From Veillonellaceae bacterium (GTDB lineage: Bacteria > Bacillota > Negativicutes > JAAYSF01), in NCBI GenBank assembly GCA_012523975.1, contig JAAYSF010000050.1:21497-85496 (forward strand): a DNA stretch of 64,000 nucleotides, in the 5' to 3' direction. A model generated the notes under the pieces. The model made no database searches. It was not told where the DNA came from and saw only the letters and a program-made list of their open reading frames with translations. This document shows positions 8,164-17,646 of this stretch, one piece after another. The translations under genes were made by a program, and so were the position numbers. The first letter of the stretch is position 1. The number at the start of each line of letters is the position of its first letter.

Positions 8164-9366
8164 ATGGCAAAAAAGAAGTTTGAGAGAAACAAGCCACACG
8201 TTAATATTGGTACAATAGGCCATGTTGACCATGGTAAGACTTCACTTACAGCAGCTATTACGCTTACGCTTTCTAAAATTGGCGGCGCGCAGTTTATGGC
8301 CTATGATCAAATTGACAGGGCCCCTGAGGAAAAAGAACGCGGGATAACCATTAATACTTCCCATGTAGAGTATGAGACGCCTAATCGTCATTATGCTCAT
8401 GTAGACTGCCCAGGCCATGCTGACTATGTAAAAAACATGATTACCGGTGCAGCCCAGATGGACGGAGCTATTTTAGTGGTAAGCGCTGCTGATGGCCCGA
8501 TGCCGCAGACGCGTGAGCATATATTGCTGTCCCGTCAGGTTGGTGTTCCGGCTATGGTCGTATTCTTAAATAAAGCTGACTTGGTTGATGATCCGGAGCT
8601 TATGGAACTTGTTGAAATGGAAGTTCGTGAACTTTTATCCAGTTATGAGTTTCCAGGTGACGATATTCCGGTAGTTTCCGGCTCTGCAGTTAAGGCACTG
8701 GAGTGCGGCTGTGCGAAGGCTGAGTGTGAATGGTGCGGAAAAATCCATGAACTGATGGAACATGTAGACGCTTATATTCCTACGCCTGAGCGGGCTACTG
8801 ATAAGCCTTTCCTGATGCCGGTCGAAGACGTATTTACAATTACTGGCCGGGGTACTGTTGCCACCGGACGTGTAGAGCGCGGCGCGATAAAAGTCGGTGA
8901 TACTATTGAGATTGTAGGGATGGCTGAGAAACCCAGATCGACAGTCGTAACTGGGGTTGAAATGTTCCGGAAACTTTTAGATCAAGCGGTAGCCGGCGAT
9001 AATATCGGCGCTTTGTTGCGTGGCGTTGACCGGAAGGAAATTGAACGCGGCCAAGTACTGGCCAAGCCGGCCAGTATTAAACCACATACTAAATTTAAGG
9101 CCGAAGTTTATGTTTTGACTAAAGAAGAAGGTGGTCGCCACACACCGTTCTTTTCTAACTATCGTCCGCAGTTTTATTTCCGGACAACCGATGTTACCGG
9201 TGTGGTAAATCTACCTGAGGGCGTTGAAATGTGCATGCCTGGAGATAATATCCAAATGTATATCGAACTTATTACGCCAATTGCGATTGAAGAAGGCTTG
9301 CGCTTTGCTATTCGTGAAGGCGGACGTACTGTCGGTGCTGGTGTTGTAACTTCAATAACAGTTTAA
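8164..9366 (+). CDS. tuf: elongation factor Tu, paralog 1 (tufB-like context, downstream of the tRNA array)
   Basis: 400 aa starting [26 protein letters not shown]. The ORF-track ORF (7981) is over-extended through tRNA-Met. ATG 8164 gives the canonical N-terminus. Confidence 0.95.
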   Translation: MAKKKFERNKPHVNIGTIGHVDHGKTSLTAAITLTLSKIGGAQFMAYDQIDRAPEEKERGITINTSHVEYETPNRHYAHVDCPGHADYVKNMITGAAQMDGAILVVSAADGPMPQTREHILLSRQVGVPAMVVFLNKADLVDDPELMELVEMEVRELLSSYEFPGDDIPVVSGSAVKALECGCAKAECEWCGKIHELMEHVDAYIPTPERATDKPFLMPVEDVFTITGRGTVATGRVERGAIKVGDTIEIVGMAEKPRSTVVTGVEMFRKLLDQAVAGDNIGALLRGVDRKEIERGQVLAKPASIKPHTKFKAEVYVLTKEEGGRHTPFFSNYRPQFYFRTTDVTGVVNLPEGVEMCMPGDNIQMYIELITPIAIEEGLRFAIREGGRTVGAGVVTSITV

Positions 9367-9371
9367 AATAT

Positions 9372-9406
9372 AGGCCCCTAACTTTTGCAAGTTAGGGGCC
9401 TATTTA
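9372..9406 (+). terminator. intrinsic terminator after tuf paralog 1
   Basis: 11-bp stem AGGCCCCTAAC/GTTAGGGGCCT. The U-tract (TATTT) is short. Confidence 0.6.
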
Positions 9407-9600
9407 GTAAAATTGTGAATCTTGGAGGTAGTATAAAAAACAGCATCACTGGATATATGTATATAAGTAGGACAAGGCTTCGACTTAAGTTTTACAGCAT
9501 GCCTGGATACGTGGTATTGACATGCCGTTATAAGTGTGCTAAATTGTATTAGTGACATTTTGAAGTGTTGTCATATTTAGTGGTAAGAGAGGTGCAAAGG

Positions 9601-9750
9601 ATGCGCAATGCCGTGACATTGGCCTGTACTGAATGCAAACAACGCAATTATCAGTCCAATAAGAACAAAAAAAATGACCCGGATAGAATTGAACTAAGCA
9701 AGTACTGCAAATTTTGCAAAAAACATACTTTACACAAAGAAACAAAATAA
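9601..9750 (+). CDS. rpmG: 50S ribosomal protein L33 (Zn-ribbon form)
   Basis: [17 protein letters not shown]...[17 protein letters not shown] 9601 follows the GAGGTG ribosome-binding site. The ORF track starts it too early. Confidence 0.9.
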   Translation: MRNAVTLACTECKQRNYQSNKNKKNDPDRIELSKYCKFCKKHTLHKETK

Positions 9751-9779
9751 TTTATAATAAATTTTGTATTGACATAAGT

Positions 9780-9855
9780 AGGGGTGTAGCTCAATTGGTA
9801 GAGTAGCGGTCTCCAAAACCGTTGGTTGCGGGTTCGATTCCTGCCGCCCCTGCCA
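9780..9855 (+). tRNA. tRNA-Trp (CCA)
   Basis: AGGGGTGTAGCTCAATTGGTAGAGT..., anticodon loop CTCCAAA, T-arm GGTTCGATTCC, encoded CCA. Confidence 0.88.
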
Positions 9856-9908
9856 GAAAGCTTTGTGTTAAATAATGATTTGGCAGTACAAAACGGGGAT
9901 GTGAGAAA

Positions 9909-10124
9909 ATGGCTGCCCAAGAGACGGCTGTTCAAACAAGCGTTTCACGCTGGAAAAAGTTTTTGCGTGAAGTTAGAGCTGAACTTAAAAAAGTATCTTG
10001 GCCAAATAAGAAAGAACTACTTTCCTATACAGGGATAGTTTTTGTCTCTGTAGTGGTTGTTGGTGCACTGATTTGGATTATTGATACTGCTTTTACTGAG
10101 GCGCTTAAAGGGCTTATTAAGTAA
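9909..10124 (+). CDS. secE: preprotein translocase subunit SecE
   Basis: 71 aa with KFLREVRAELKKVSWPNKKEL followed by a single TM helix. Conserved position before nusG. Confidence 0.88.
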   Translation: MAAQETAVQTSVSRWKKFLREVRAELKKVSWPNKKELLSYTGIVFVSVVVVGALIWIIDTAFTEALKGLIK

Positions 10125-10165
10125 TCTAAGGGGGTGGGGGACGTACCTGGACGTCCCTTGAGACA

Positions 10166-10696
10166 ATGGAATCCGAAAAAAAATGGTATGTAATCCATAC
10201 ATATTCGGGATATGAAAATAAGGTTAAAGCCAACCTTGAGCGGAAGGTTCACTCCATGAATATGGAGAATGAAGTTTTCCGGGTACTTGTGCCTATGGAA
10301 GATGAGGTGGAAGTCAAGGACGGCAAGAAGAAAGTAACCAAGAAGAAAGTATTCCCGGGTTATGTATTGGTTGAAATGATTGTTAATGACAGGTCTTGGT
10401 ATGTTGTTCGCAACACACCAGGAGTAACAGGTTTTGTTGGCTCAGGTACTAAGCCTATCCCACTAACTAGCGCTGAAGTTAAGCACATCCTTAAATCGAT
10501 GGGAATGGAAGAAACTAAGCCGAAACTTGATATCAAAGTCGGTCAGCCGGTGAAGATTAATTCCGGTGCATTTGAGAATTGGACGGCGACTGTCCTTGAA
10601 ATTCATTCTGATCGTAACAAGCTAAAGGTGCTTGTTAATTTGTTTGGTCGCGAGACTCCTGTCGAGTTAGATTTTTCTCAAGTAGAAAAAATTTAA
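10166..10696 (+). CDS. nusG: transcription termination/antitermination factor NusG
   Basis: KKWYVIHTYSGYENKV... NGN domain and a C-terminal KOW domain (VKINSGAFENWTATV). Confidence 0.93.
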   Translation: MESEKKWYVIHTYSGYENKVKANLERKVHSMNMENEVFRVLVPMEDEVEVKDGKKKVTKKKVFPGYVLVEMIVNDRSWYVVRNTPGVTGFVGSGTKPIPLTSAEVKHILKSMGMEETKPKLDIKVGQPVKINSGAFENWTATVLEIHSDRNKLKVLVNLFGRETPVELDFSQVEKI

Positions 10697-10740
10697 TCCC
10701 GAAAGGGTTTATGTTGTATTATATTAAGGAGGTGTAATTA

Positions 10741-11166
10741 ATGGCAAAGAAGGTTGTTAAACTTGTAAAATTGCAAGTTCCTGCTGGTAAAGCTACCCCA
10801 GCGCCTCCGGTCGGTCCTGCGCTCGGTCAAGCTGGTGTGAATATCATGGCGTTTGTTAAAGAGTTTAATGAAAGAACTGCCAAGCAAGCCGGTTTAATCA
10901 TCCCGGTAGAAATTACCGTGTTTGAAGATAGATCATTTACATTTGTGACTAAGACCCCTCCGGCTGCTGTTCTTCTCAAAAAAGCTGCAGGTATTGAAAC
11001 TGCATCAGGTGAACCTAACAAGAAAAAAGTTGCTAAAGTAAATCGCGCTAAAGTACGCGAGATCGCTGAAAGCAAAATGCAAGACCTCAACGCCGCTAGC
11101 GTCGAAGCCGCTGAGCGTATGATTGAAGGCACCGCCCGCAGCATGGGCATCGATGTCGTTGACTAA
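10741..11166 (+). CDS. rplK: 50S ribosomal protein L11
   Basis: [34 protein letters not shown]. Confidence 0.95.
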   Translation: MAKKVVKLVKLQVPAGKATPAPPVGPALGQAGVNIMAFVKEFNERTAKQAGLIIPVEITVFEDRSFTFVTKTPPAAVLLKKAAGIETASGEPNKKKVAKVNRAKVREIAESKMQDLNAASVEAAERMIEGTARSMGIDVVD

Positions 11167-11212
11167 TTAGTGCCTTTAAATAAGGCCGAAGCTAATTAGT
11201 GACGATTGGCTG

Positions 11213-11391
11213 GAAACTGTTCAAAAGCTGCCAGATGCTAGGCGCAATGAGCACGCGCGCGAAGTCGTACTGAAAGTACGTCGCAGCAAGCGAGCGCAGT
11301 GGTAAATGCGAAATCCTTGGCACTTTAGTGCCTTAGAATTTCGGCTTACCCCTTGCGGGTGCGATGCAGATGGTAGGTTTTCAACAGGTTC
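11213..11391 (+). ncRNA. unclassified structured element, copy D (expanded)
   Basis: 20-bp closing helix 11213-11232/11372-11391. Boxes at 11233-11243 and 11366-11372. Hairpin CGTAC-TGAAA-GTACG at 11266-11280. An extra insert of about 60 nt carries the hairpin GGCAC-TTTA-GTGCC. Confidence 0.5.
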
Positions 11392-11395
11392 TGAA

Positions 11396-11422
11396 GTGGG
11401 AGGAATTTCCGTTATCTACCAC
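11396..11422 (+). promoter_or_regulatory. possible L1 autoregulatory site (23S rRNA L1-stalk mimic)
   Basis: GUGGGAGG...CUACCAC lies just 5' of the rplA Shine-Dalgarno sequence. It resembles the GGUGGGAGGC...AUACCACCC strands of the 23S L1 stalk as I recall them from E. coli. Confidence 0.3.
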
Positions 11423-11444
11423 ATTTAACTAGGAGGATTTAAAC

Positions 11445-12149
11445 ATGCCTAAGTTTGGAAAAAAATATCAAGAAGCTGCTAAGCTTATTGATGATGTAAA
11501 GCTCTATGAGCCAGAAGAAGCTATTGAATTGGTTAAAAAAACCGCTACTGCAAAGTTTGACGAAACAGTAGAAGTTGCTGTAAGATTAGGCGTAGATCCT
11601 AAACATGCAGATCAACAAGTTCGTGGTGCAGTAGTGTTACCATATGGTACCGGTAAAACTAAGCGCGTTTTGGTATTTGCGAAAGGCGCAAAGGCTAAAG
11701 AAGCTGAAGATGCTGGTGCTGATTTCGTCGGTGCAGAAGATATGGTTGAAAAAATCCAGGGTGGTTGGACTGATTTTGATGTAGCAGTTGCTACTCCAGA
11801 TATGATGGGTACTGTCGGTCGTCTGGGTAAGATCCTTGGTCCTAAAGGTTTAATGCCGAACCCTAAGGTTGGCACTGTTACTATGGATTTGACAAAAGCT
11901 ATCAATGAGATCAAAGCCGGTAAGATTGAATACCGCACCGATAAAGCTGGTAATATCCATGCTCCGATCGGAAAGGCTTCGTTTGATAATGAGAAGCTCC
12001 TGAAAAACTTCTACACCCTGATCGATACATTAATTAAGGTAAAGCCTGCTGCTGCAAAAGGTCAGTATATGCGCGGCGTTACCCTGAGCACTACAATGGG
12101 ACCTGGCGTTAAAGTCAATCCGCTTCGTGCCAGTGGAAAGAAAGACTAG
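11445..12149 (+). CDS. rplA: 50S ribosomal protein L1
   Basis: [16 protein letters not shown]...[24 protein letters not shown]. Confidence 0.95.
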   Translation: MPKFGKKYQEAAKLIDDVKLYEPEEAIELVKKTATAKFDETVEVAVRLGVDPKHADQQVRGAVVLPYGTGKTKRVLVFAKGAKAKEAEDAGADFVGAEDMVEKIQGGWTDFDVAVATPDMMGTVGRLGKILGPKGLMPNPKVGTVTMDLTKAINEIKAGKIEYRTDKAGNIHAPIGKASFDNEKLLKNFYTLIDTLIKVKPAAAKGQYMRGVTLSTTMGPGVKVNPLRASGKKD

Positions 12150-12184
12150 ACACTTAATTAATCCTCGCCCATACAACTAAATAC

Positions 12185-12326
12185 TTAAATTTAGGCTGTA
12201 GACCGCAGGTTCTTGCTAGTAGTATGGCAAGTTTAATGGAAGTATCCGCCTGCCGAGGCCGGGGATTAGTTTAAGGCATTATGCCATAAATCGGCCTCCG
12301 GTTACTGCCGGGGGTCGTTATTGTTT
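12185..12326 (+). promoter_or_regulatory. ribosomal protein L10 leader with terminator-like attenuator
   Basis: The 194-nt rplA-rplJ spacer ends in a CCTCCGG/CCGGGGG hairpin (12295-12314) plus a T-rich tail. An upstream GCCGAGGCCGGGG segment could pair alternatively. Firmicute rplJ leaders work by L10(L12)4-dependent attenuation. Confidence 0.5.
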
Positions 12327-12352
12327 CTAAATTAGTAAAGGAGGTGGATTTG

Positions 12353-12883
12353 ATGGCTGTAACATCAGAAAAACAAGCGTTAGTCGAAGAATTGAAAGAA
12401 AAGCTGTCGAATACCAAAGGTGCTGTATTAACCAACTATCGCGGTCTTAATGTAGCCCAGGATACCAAACTGCGCCGCAAACTGCGTGAAGCTGGAGTTG
12501 AGTATCGGGTAATTAAAAATACTATGATGCGCATCGCAGCAAAAGAAGTTGGTCTGGAAGGCTTGGAAGAGTCTCTGGAAGGCCCGACCGCTATTGCGAT
12601 ATCTTTCACTGATCCGGTAGCGCCGGCAAAAATTATCTCAGAGTTTGTTAAAGAAAACAAACTTCAAGCCTTAGAAGTAAAAGCTGGTTTGGTAGAAGGT
12701 AAAGTTATTGACGCTCAAGGCGTTAAAGCTCTTGCCAGCCTACCGCCGCGCGAAGTGCTTATTGCCAAAGCTCTTGGCAGTATGCAAGCTCCGATTACTG
12801 GATTGGTCAATGTCCTTCAGGGATCTATCCGCAACTTGGTGTATGCGCTTGACGCTGTACGCCAACAGAAGGAATCGGCTTAA
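12353..12883 (+). CDS. rplJ: 50S ribosomal protein L10
   Basis: ATG 12353 lies 8 nt after AAAGGAGG. Sequence VLTNYRGLNVAQDTKLRRKLREAGVEYRVIKNT. Confidence 0.93.
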   Translation: MAVTSEKQALVEELKEKLSNTKGAVLTNYRGLNVAQDTKLRRKLREAGVEYRVIKNTMMRIAAKEVGLEGLEESLEGPTAIAISFTDPVAPAKIISEFVKENKLQALEVKAGLVEGKVIDAQGVKALASLPPREVLIAKALGSMQAPITGLVNVLQGSIRNLVYALDAVRQQKESA

Positions 12884-12942
12884 GCCGAGTTTTGGGATCT
12901 TAAAATAAATTTTAAATTTTAATTAAAGTGAGGTATTTTTAA

Positions 12943-13317
12943 ATGACTAAAGAAGAAATCATGCAAGCGATTGAGAACATGACTGTTCTCGAATTATCCG
13001 AACTGGTAAAAGCTCTGGAAGAAAAATTCGGCGTATCCGCTGCTGCTCCTGTGGCTGTAGCTGCTGCTCCTGCTGCTGCTGCTGCCGGTGCTGCTGCTGA
13101 AGAACAAACTGAATTCGACGTAATCCTTGCTTCCGCTGGTTCCTCTAAAATCAACGTTATCAAAGTTGTACGCGAAGTTACCGGCTTAGGCTTGAAAGAA
13201 GCTAAAGAACTTGTTGACGGAGCTCCGAAACCTGTGAAAGAAAAAATCTCCAAAGCTGACGCTGAAGCTCTTAAAGCTAAGTTGACTGAAGCTGGCGCAA
13301 CTGTAGAAGTTAAGTAA
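12943..13317 (+). CDS. rplL: 50S ribosomal protein L7/L12
   Basis: An Ala/Pro hinge, then the C-terminal domain [28 protein letters not shown]. Confidence 0.95.
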   Translation: MTKEEIMQAIENMTVLELSELVKALEEKFGVSAAAPVAVAAAPAAAAAGAAAEEQTEFDVILASAGSSKINVIKVVREVTGLGLKEAKELVDGAPKPVKEKISKADAEALKAKLTEAGATVEVK

Positions 13318-13352
13318 TTTAACTTAAATTACAAGTTCCGCATTCAAAATAT

Positions 13353-13388
13353 AAAGAGTACCAGTTTTGGTACTCTTTATATTTTTTG
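13353..13388 (+). terminator. intrinsic terminator/attenuator after rplL
   Basis: 10-bp stem AAAGAGTACC/GGTACTCTTT followed by TATATTTTTT. Confidence 0.75.
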
Positions 13389-13400
13389 GCTTAAGTATAC

Positions 13401-13429
13401 TTGACAAAATATTACATGTATGATATTAT
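13401..13429 (+). promoter_or_regulatory. putative sigma-A promoter in the rplL-rpoB spacer
   Basis: TTGACA (13401-13406), a 17-nt spacer, then TATTAT (13424-13429). Confidence 0.5.
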
Positions 13430-13611
13430 TTTTTACTGCAATATGTATTTGTCTTAACACCGTTTTTGCACACATATTTGTCATTTATATTGCCAATTTA
13501 TACAATTTCAAGGCAAATTACAAATGTATCTTTGAATAATGTATAAATTAGCGAATGGCAGGAAATAGTAATATAATGGAGGATGAATTTATTTCATTCG
13601 TATTAAAAAAA

Positions 13612-13650
13612 GCAAGGTCTTACCTGACTTGAAGAGCCTTGCCTTTTTTT
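13612..13650 (+). terminator. intrinsic terminator inside the rpoB leader
   Basis: GCAAGG+TCTT / AAGA+(G bulge)+CCTTGC stem, a 10-nt loop, then T7. It is preceded by A7. Confidence 0.6.
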
Positions 13651-13793
13651 CGTATGCTGCCCTCGGCATAATATTTTATTTAATATGCGCCGTATAGGGT
13701 GAATTTTTACTTTGTTTTAAAATCTTATTGCTATTATTTGCTAACAAGCATTACTTTATGTGTTGTCTTTGTTTAACCAAATTGGGCTAAGGG

Positions 13794-16700
13794 GTGAAGG
13801 ATTTAATGTTCAATCCTGTTCCGGTGGGTAAAAGGATCCGATACAGTTATGGCAAGATTAATGAAGTATTGGACATGCCCAACCTCATTGAGATCCAAAA
13901 AAACTCGTACAGCTGGTTCTTAAAAGAAGGGCTGCAGGAAATTTTCCACGACATTTCGCCAATTCAAGATTTTACTGGCAATTTAGTATTGTCGTTTGAA
14001 ACTTTCGCGCTTGGTGAGCCCAAATACGATGTTGAAGAGTGCAAAGAGCGGGATGTTACTTATTCCGCACCTTTGCGTGTCAATGTGCGGCTAATCAATC
14101 GTGAAACCGGCGAAATTAAGGAACAAGAGGTTTTCATGGGTGATTTCCCGCTGATGACCGAGAATGGCACTTTTATTATCAACGGGGCAGAACGTGTAAT
14201 TGTTAGCCAATTAGTCCGCTCGCCTGGTGCATACTATGGGGAAACGATTGATGCCAGCGGCAAAAAGCTTTACTCATCTACCGTTATTCCAAATCGCGGT
14301 GCCTGGCTCGAGCTGGAAACGGACGCTAACGATGTTGTCTCAGTCCGGGTAGACCGAACCCGTAAACTGCCGGCAACTGTCCTTATCAGGGCTATTGGGT
14401 ATGCGTCCAATGCATCGATTCTCGAGTTGTTTAATGATGATCCGCGCATTTTGGCTACGCTGGAGCGTGACAATACTGAATCCAAAGAAGAGGCGCTTAT
14501 TGAAATATACAAACGTTTGCGTCCTGGCGAACCGCCGACGGTAGACAATGCTACCCAACTCTTAGAGTCCCTATTCTTTGATGCTAAACGATATGACTTG
14601 GCGACTGTTGGACGTTACAAGTTAACTAAAAAATTAGGCTGGCGCCGCCGCTTAATGGCTAAGACGCTGCACGAGTCTATTGTTGATAAAGAAACTGGTG
14701 AGATTATTGTACCAGAAGGTACGCTTGTCACTGAACGAGTACTCGATAAGCTGGAAGAAAGCGGTGTATTTGATGGTACCAACTTGATTGACATTAAGAT
14801 CAGGAAAAAGGACGGTACTGCGGTTAAAATGCTCTGCAACCCATCTTTACCGTTTACGCACCGGACCATAACCCGAGAAGATATTGTAGCTTCAGTTAAC
14901 TATCTTCTTAATCTAATGGACGGCTTTGGCAATCCTGATGATATTGACCATCTTGGCAACCGTCGGCTCCGATCAGTTGGCGAGCTCTTGCAAAACCAGT
15001 TCCGGATTGGTTTGTCTCGGATGGAACGCGTCGTCCGCGAGCGCATGACCATTCAGGATGTTGATGTTATTACACCGCAGGCACTGATTAATATCAGACC
15101 AGTTGTTGCAGCAATAAAGGAATTCTTTGGTTCTAGCCAACTTTCACAGTTTATGGACCAAACAAACCCGCTGGCTGAGCTTACTCATAAACGCCGGCTG
15201 AGCGCCCTCGGACCAGGCGGCTTGAGCCGTGAACGTGCCGGCTTCGAAGTTCGTGACGTTCATCACTCCCACTATGGTCGTATGTGTCCGATTGAAACCC
15301 CGGAAGGCCCGAACATCGGTCTTATCGGTTCACTTTCAACTTTTGCCCGGATTAATCAGTTTGGTTTTATTGAGACTCCTTACCGCCGGGTTGACAAGGA
15401 AAGCCGCAAAGTAACTGATGAAGTTCGGTACTTGACGGCTGATGAAGAGGATGAAATGATTGTTGCCCAGGCTAACGAAGAACTGGACGAGAATGGCTGG
15501 TTCGTAAAGCCCAAGGTAACAGCTCGCTATAGGTATGATGTCCTTGTTGTTCCGGCCGAGCAAGTTGACTATATGGACGTTTCCCCAAAACAGGTTGTAT
15601 CCATTGCGACAGCTATGATTCCGTTCTTAGAGAATGATGATGCTAACCGTGCGCTGATGGGCGCAAACATGCAGCGTCAGGCAGTCCCGCTTTTAAGAAC
15701 ACAGGCTCCGCTAATTGGAACCGGTATGGAATATAAAGCAGCCCGCGACTCAGGGGTAGTCGTGCTTGCTAAAAACGGTGGCTGGGTCGAAAAGGCTACA
15801 GCTAATGAGATAACGATTCGAAAAGATAACGGTGGACTAGACACCTACAAGCTTTTGAAATATCTAAGATCTAACCAAGGCACTTGTATAAATCAAAAAC
15901 CGATTGTATATGCTGGCGAACGAGTAGAAAAGAATCAGGTTCTGGCCGACGGTCCGGCAACCGACAAGGGTGAATTGGCGCTTGGCTATAACGTACTAGT
16001 TGCCTTTATGCCTTGGGAAGGTTACAACTATGAGGATGCTATTCTGCTTAGTGAAAAGCTTGTTAAAGAAGATATTTTCACTTCAATTCACATTGAAGAA
16101 TATGAATGCGATGCGCGGGACACTAAACTCGGACCTGAAGAAATTACCCGCGATATTCCGAACGTAGCTGAAGATGCTCTACGTGACATCGATGATCGCG
16201 GCATCATTCGTATCGGTGCCGAAGTACGCCCGGGTGATATTCTGGTTGGTAAAGTAACACCGAAAGGCGAAACAGAATTGACTGCCGAAGAACGCCTCTT
16301 GAGAGCAATATTTGGAGAAAAGGCCCGTGAAGTACGCGACACTTCACTTCGAGTACCGCATGGCGAAGCCGGCAAAATTGTCGATGTTAAGGTTTTCACC
16401 CGCGAAAATGGCGATGAACTGCCGCCGGGCGTTAACCAACTGGTAAGAGTTTATATCGCCCAAAAGCGTAAAATCTCTGAGGGTGATAAAATGGCCGGCC
16501 GGCATGGTAACAAAGGTGTTGTTTCCCGCATAATGCGTGAAGAAGACATGCCGTTTATGCCTGATGGCAGACCGGTGCAAATTGTACTTAACCCGTTGGG
16601 CGTTCCCTCCCGTATGAATATCGGCCAGGTGCTTGAAACCCACCTTGGCATGGCGGCAGCCGCTTTTGGTCTTCAGATTAAAGAAGGTGTGCCGGATGTT

Positions 16701-17624
16701 GGTGAACGTCTTCAGGCGCTCGGCTATGACGTAGAGAAGAACGGCCTGCCTAAACCTGATGTTGCCGGAATCCACATGGCAACACCGGTTTTCGACGGTG
16801 CTCATGAACATGAGATTTTTAAAACCTTGAAATATGCCGGTCTGTCTGATGACGGAAAGACTAAACTCTATGATGGTCGTACCGGTGAAGCTTTTGATAA
16901 TCCGGTAACTGTCGGCTATGTATATATGCTTAAGCTGGCCCACTTAGTTGATGACAAAATTCATGCCCGCTCAACCGGGCCATACTCGCTGGTTACTCAG
17001 CAGCCTTTGGGTGGTAAGGCTCAATTCGGCGGTCAGCGATTCGGTGAGATGGAGGTTTGGGCGCTGGAAGCTTATGGCGCAGCCTACACCTTACAAGAAC
17101 TGCTAACTGTTAAATCCGACGATGTTGTAGGCCGGGTAAAAACCTATGAGGCTATTGTTAAGGGCGAGAATGTTCCTGAGCCAGGCGTTCCGGAATCCTT
17201 TAAAGTATTGATTAAGGAACTACAAAGTATCGGGCTTGATGTTAAAGTGCTAACTGAAGATGCGCAAGAGATCCTTATTCGCGATTCGGACGATGACGTT
17301 CATGAAACTGCCAAAGAACTAGAACTTAGTATTGGCGGCGAAGAAGTGCAGGTGTCGTCTGTTGAGCGCAAACAAGCTGACATTGAACCTGACATGTTGG
17401 ATGAACTCGAAGCGAACGATGGTATAGAGCCCATGGAAGAAGAATTAGATATAATCGCTGAAATTGGCGATATGGGCGGAGAAAAAGATGAGATTCCCGC
17501 AATGGATGAAGACGATGATTTTGAAGCTGAGCTGAGTAAGATTCCCAAGAAAACAAAGCTCAAGGAAAAGAAGCTTAATCCGCGTGATTTCATAGAAGAC
17601 ACTGATGACGACGACTTCGAGTAA
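13794..17624 (+). CDS. rpoB: DNA-directed RNA polymerase subunit beta
   Basis: 1276-aa ORF, conserved throughout (for example [17 protein letters not shown] and [20 protein letters not shown]). The start is GTG 13794 or ATG 13806. It has a long acidic C-terminal tail. Confidence 0.95.
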   Translation: MKDLMFNPVPVGKRIRYSYGKINEVLDMPNLIEIQKNSYSWFLKEGLQEIFHDISPIQDFTGNLVLSFETFALGEPKYDVEECKERDVTYSAPLRVNVRLINRETGEIKEQEVFMGDFPLMTENGTFIINGAERVIVSQLVRSPGAYYGETIDASGKKLYSSTVIPNRGAWLELETDANDVVSVRVDRTRKLPATVLIRAIGYASNASILELFNDDPRILATLERDNTESKEEALIEIYKRLRPGEPPTVDNATQLLESLFFDAKRYDLATVGRYKLTKKLGWRRRLMAKTLHESIVDKETGEIIVPEGTLVTERVLDKLEESGVFDGTNLIDIKIRKKDGTAVKMLCNPSLPFTHRTITREDIVASVNYLLNLMDGFGNPDDIDHLGNRRLRSVGELLQNQFRIGLSRMERVVRERMTIQDVDVITPQALINIRPVVAAIKEFFGSSQLSQFMDQTNPLAELTHKRRLSALGPGGLSRERAGFEVRDVHHSHYGRMCPIETPEGPNIGLIGSLSTFARINQFGFIETPYRRVDKESRKVTDEVRYLTADEEDEMIVAQANEELDENGWFVKPKVTARYRYDVLVVPAEQVDYMDVSPKQVVSIATAMIPFLENDDANRALMGANMQRQAVPLLRTQAPLIGTGMEYKAARDSGVVVLAKNGGWVEKATANEITIRKDNGGLDTYKLLKYLRSNQGTCINQKPIVYAGERVEKNQVLADGPATDKGELALGYNVLVAFMPWEGYNYEDAILLSEKLVKEDIFTSIHIEEYECDARDTKLGPEEITRDIPNVAEDALRDIDDRGIIRIGAEVRPGDILVGKVTPKGETELTAEERLLRAIFGEKAREVRDTSLRVPHGEAGKIVDVKVFTRENGDELPPGVNQLVRVYIAQKRKISEGDKMAGRHGNKGVVSRIMREEDMPFMPDGRPVQIVLNPLGVPSRMNIGQVLETHLGMAAAAFGLQIKEGVPDVGERLQALGYDVEKNGLPKPDVAGIHMATPVFDGAHEHEIFKTLKYAGLSDDGKTKLYDGRTGEAFDNPVTVGYVYMLKLAHLVDDKIHARSTGPYSLVTQQPLGGKAQFGGQRFGEMEVWALEAYGAAYTLQELLTVKSDDVVGRVKTYEAIVKGENVPEPGVPESFKVLIKELQSIGLDVKVLTEDAQEILIRDSDDDVHETAKELELSIGGEEVQVSSVERKQADIEPDMLDELEANDGIEPMEEELDIIAEIGDMGGEKDEIPAMDEDDDFEAELSKIPKKTKLKEKKLNPRDFIEDTDDDDFE

Positions 17625-17646
17625 TTGAGAAGGGAGTGGTATCCCC

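Noticed and set aside
16344-16943. 199-aa antisense ORF inside rpoB. Similar antisense ORFs occur at 19935-20519 (rpoC), 20671-21102 (rpoC), 28124-28675 (rplW/rplB), 59716-60270 (ilvE) and 50436-50903 (radical SAM gene).
   Set aside because: They lie fully within strongly conserved genes on the opposite strand, have no recognisable motifs and no ribosome-binding sites. They are typical shadow ORFs.
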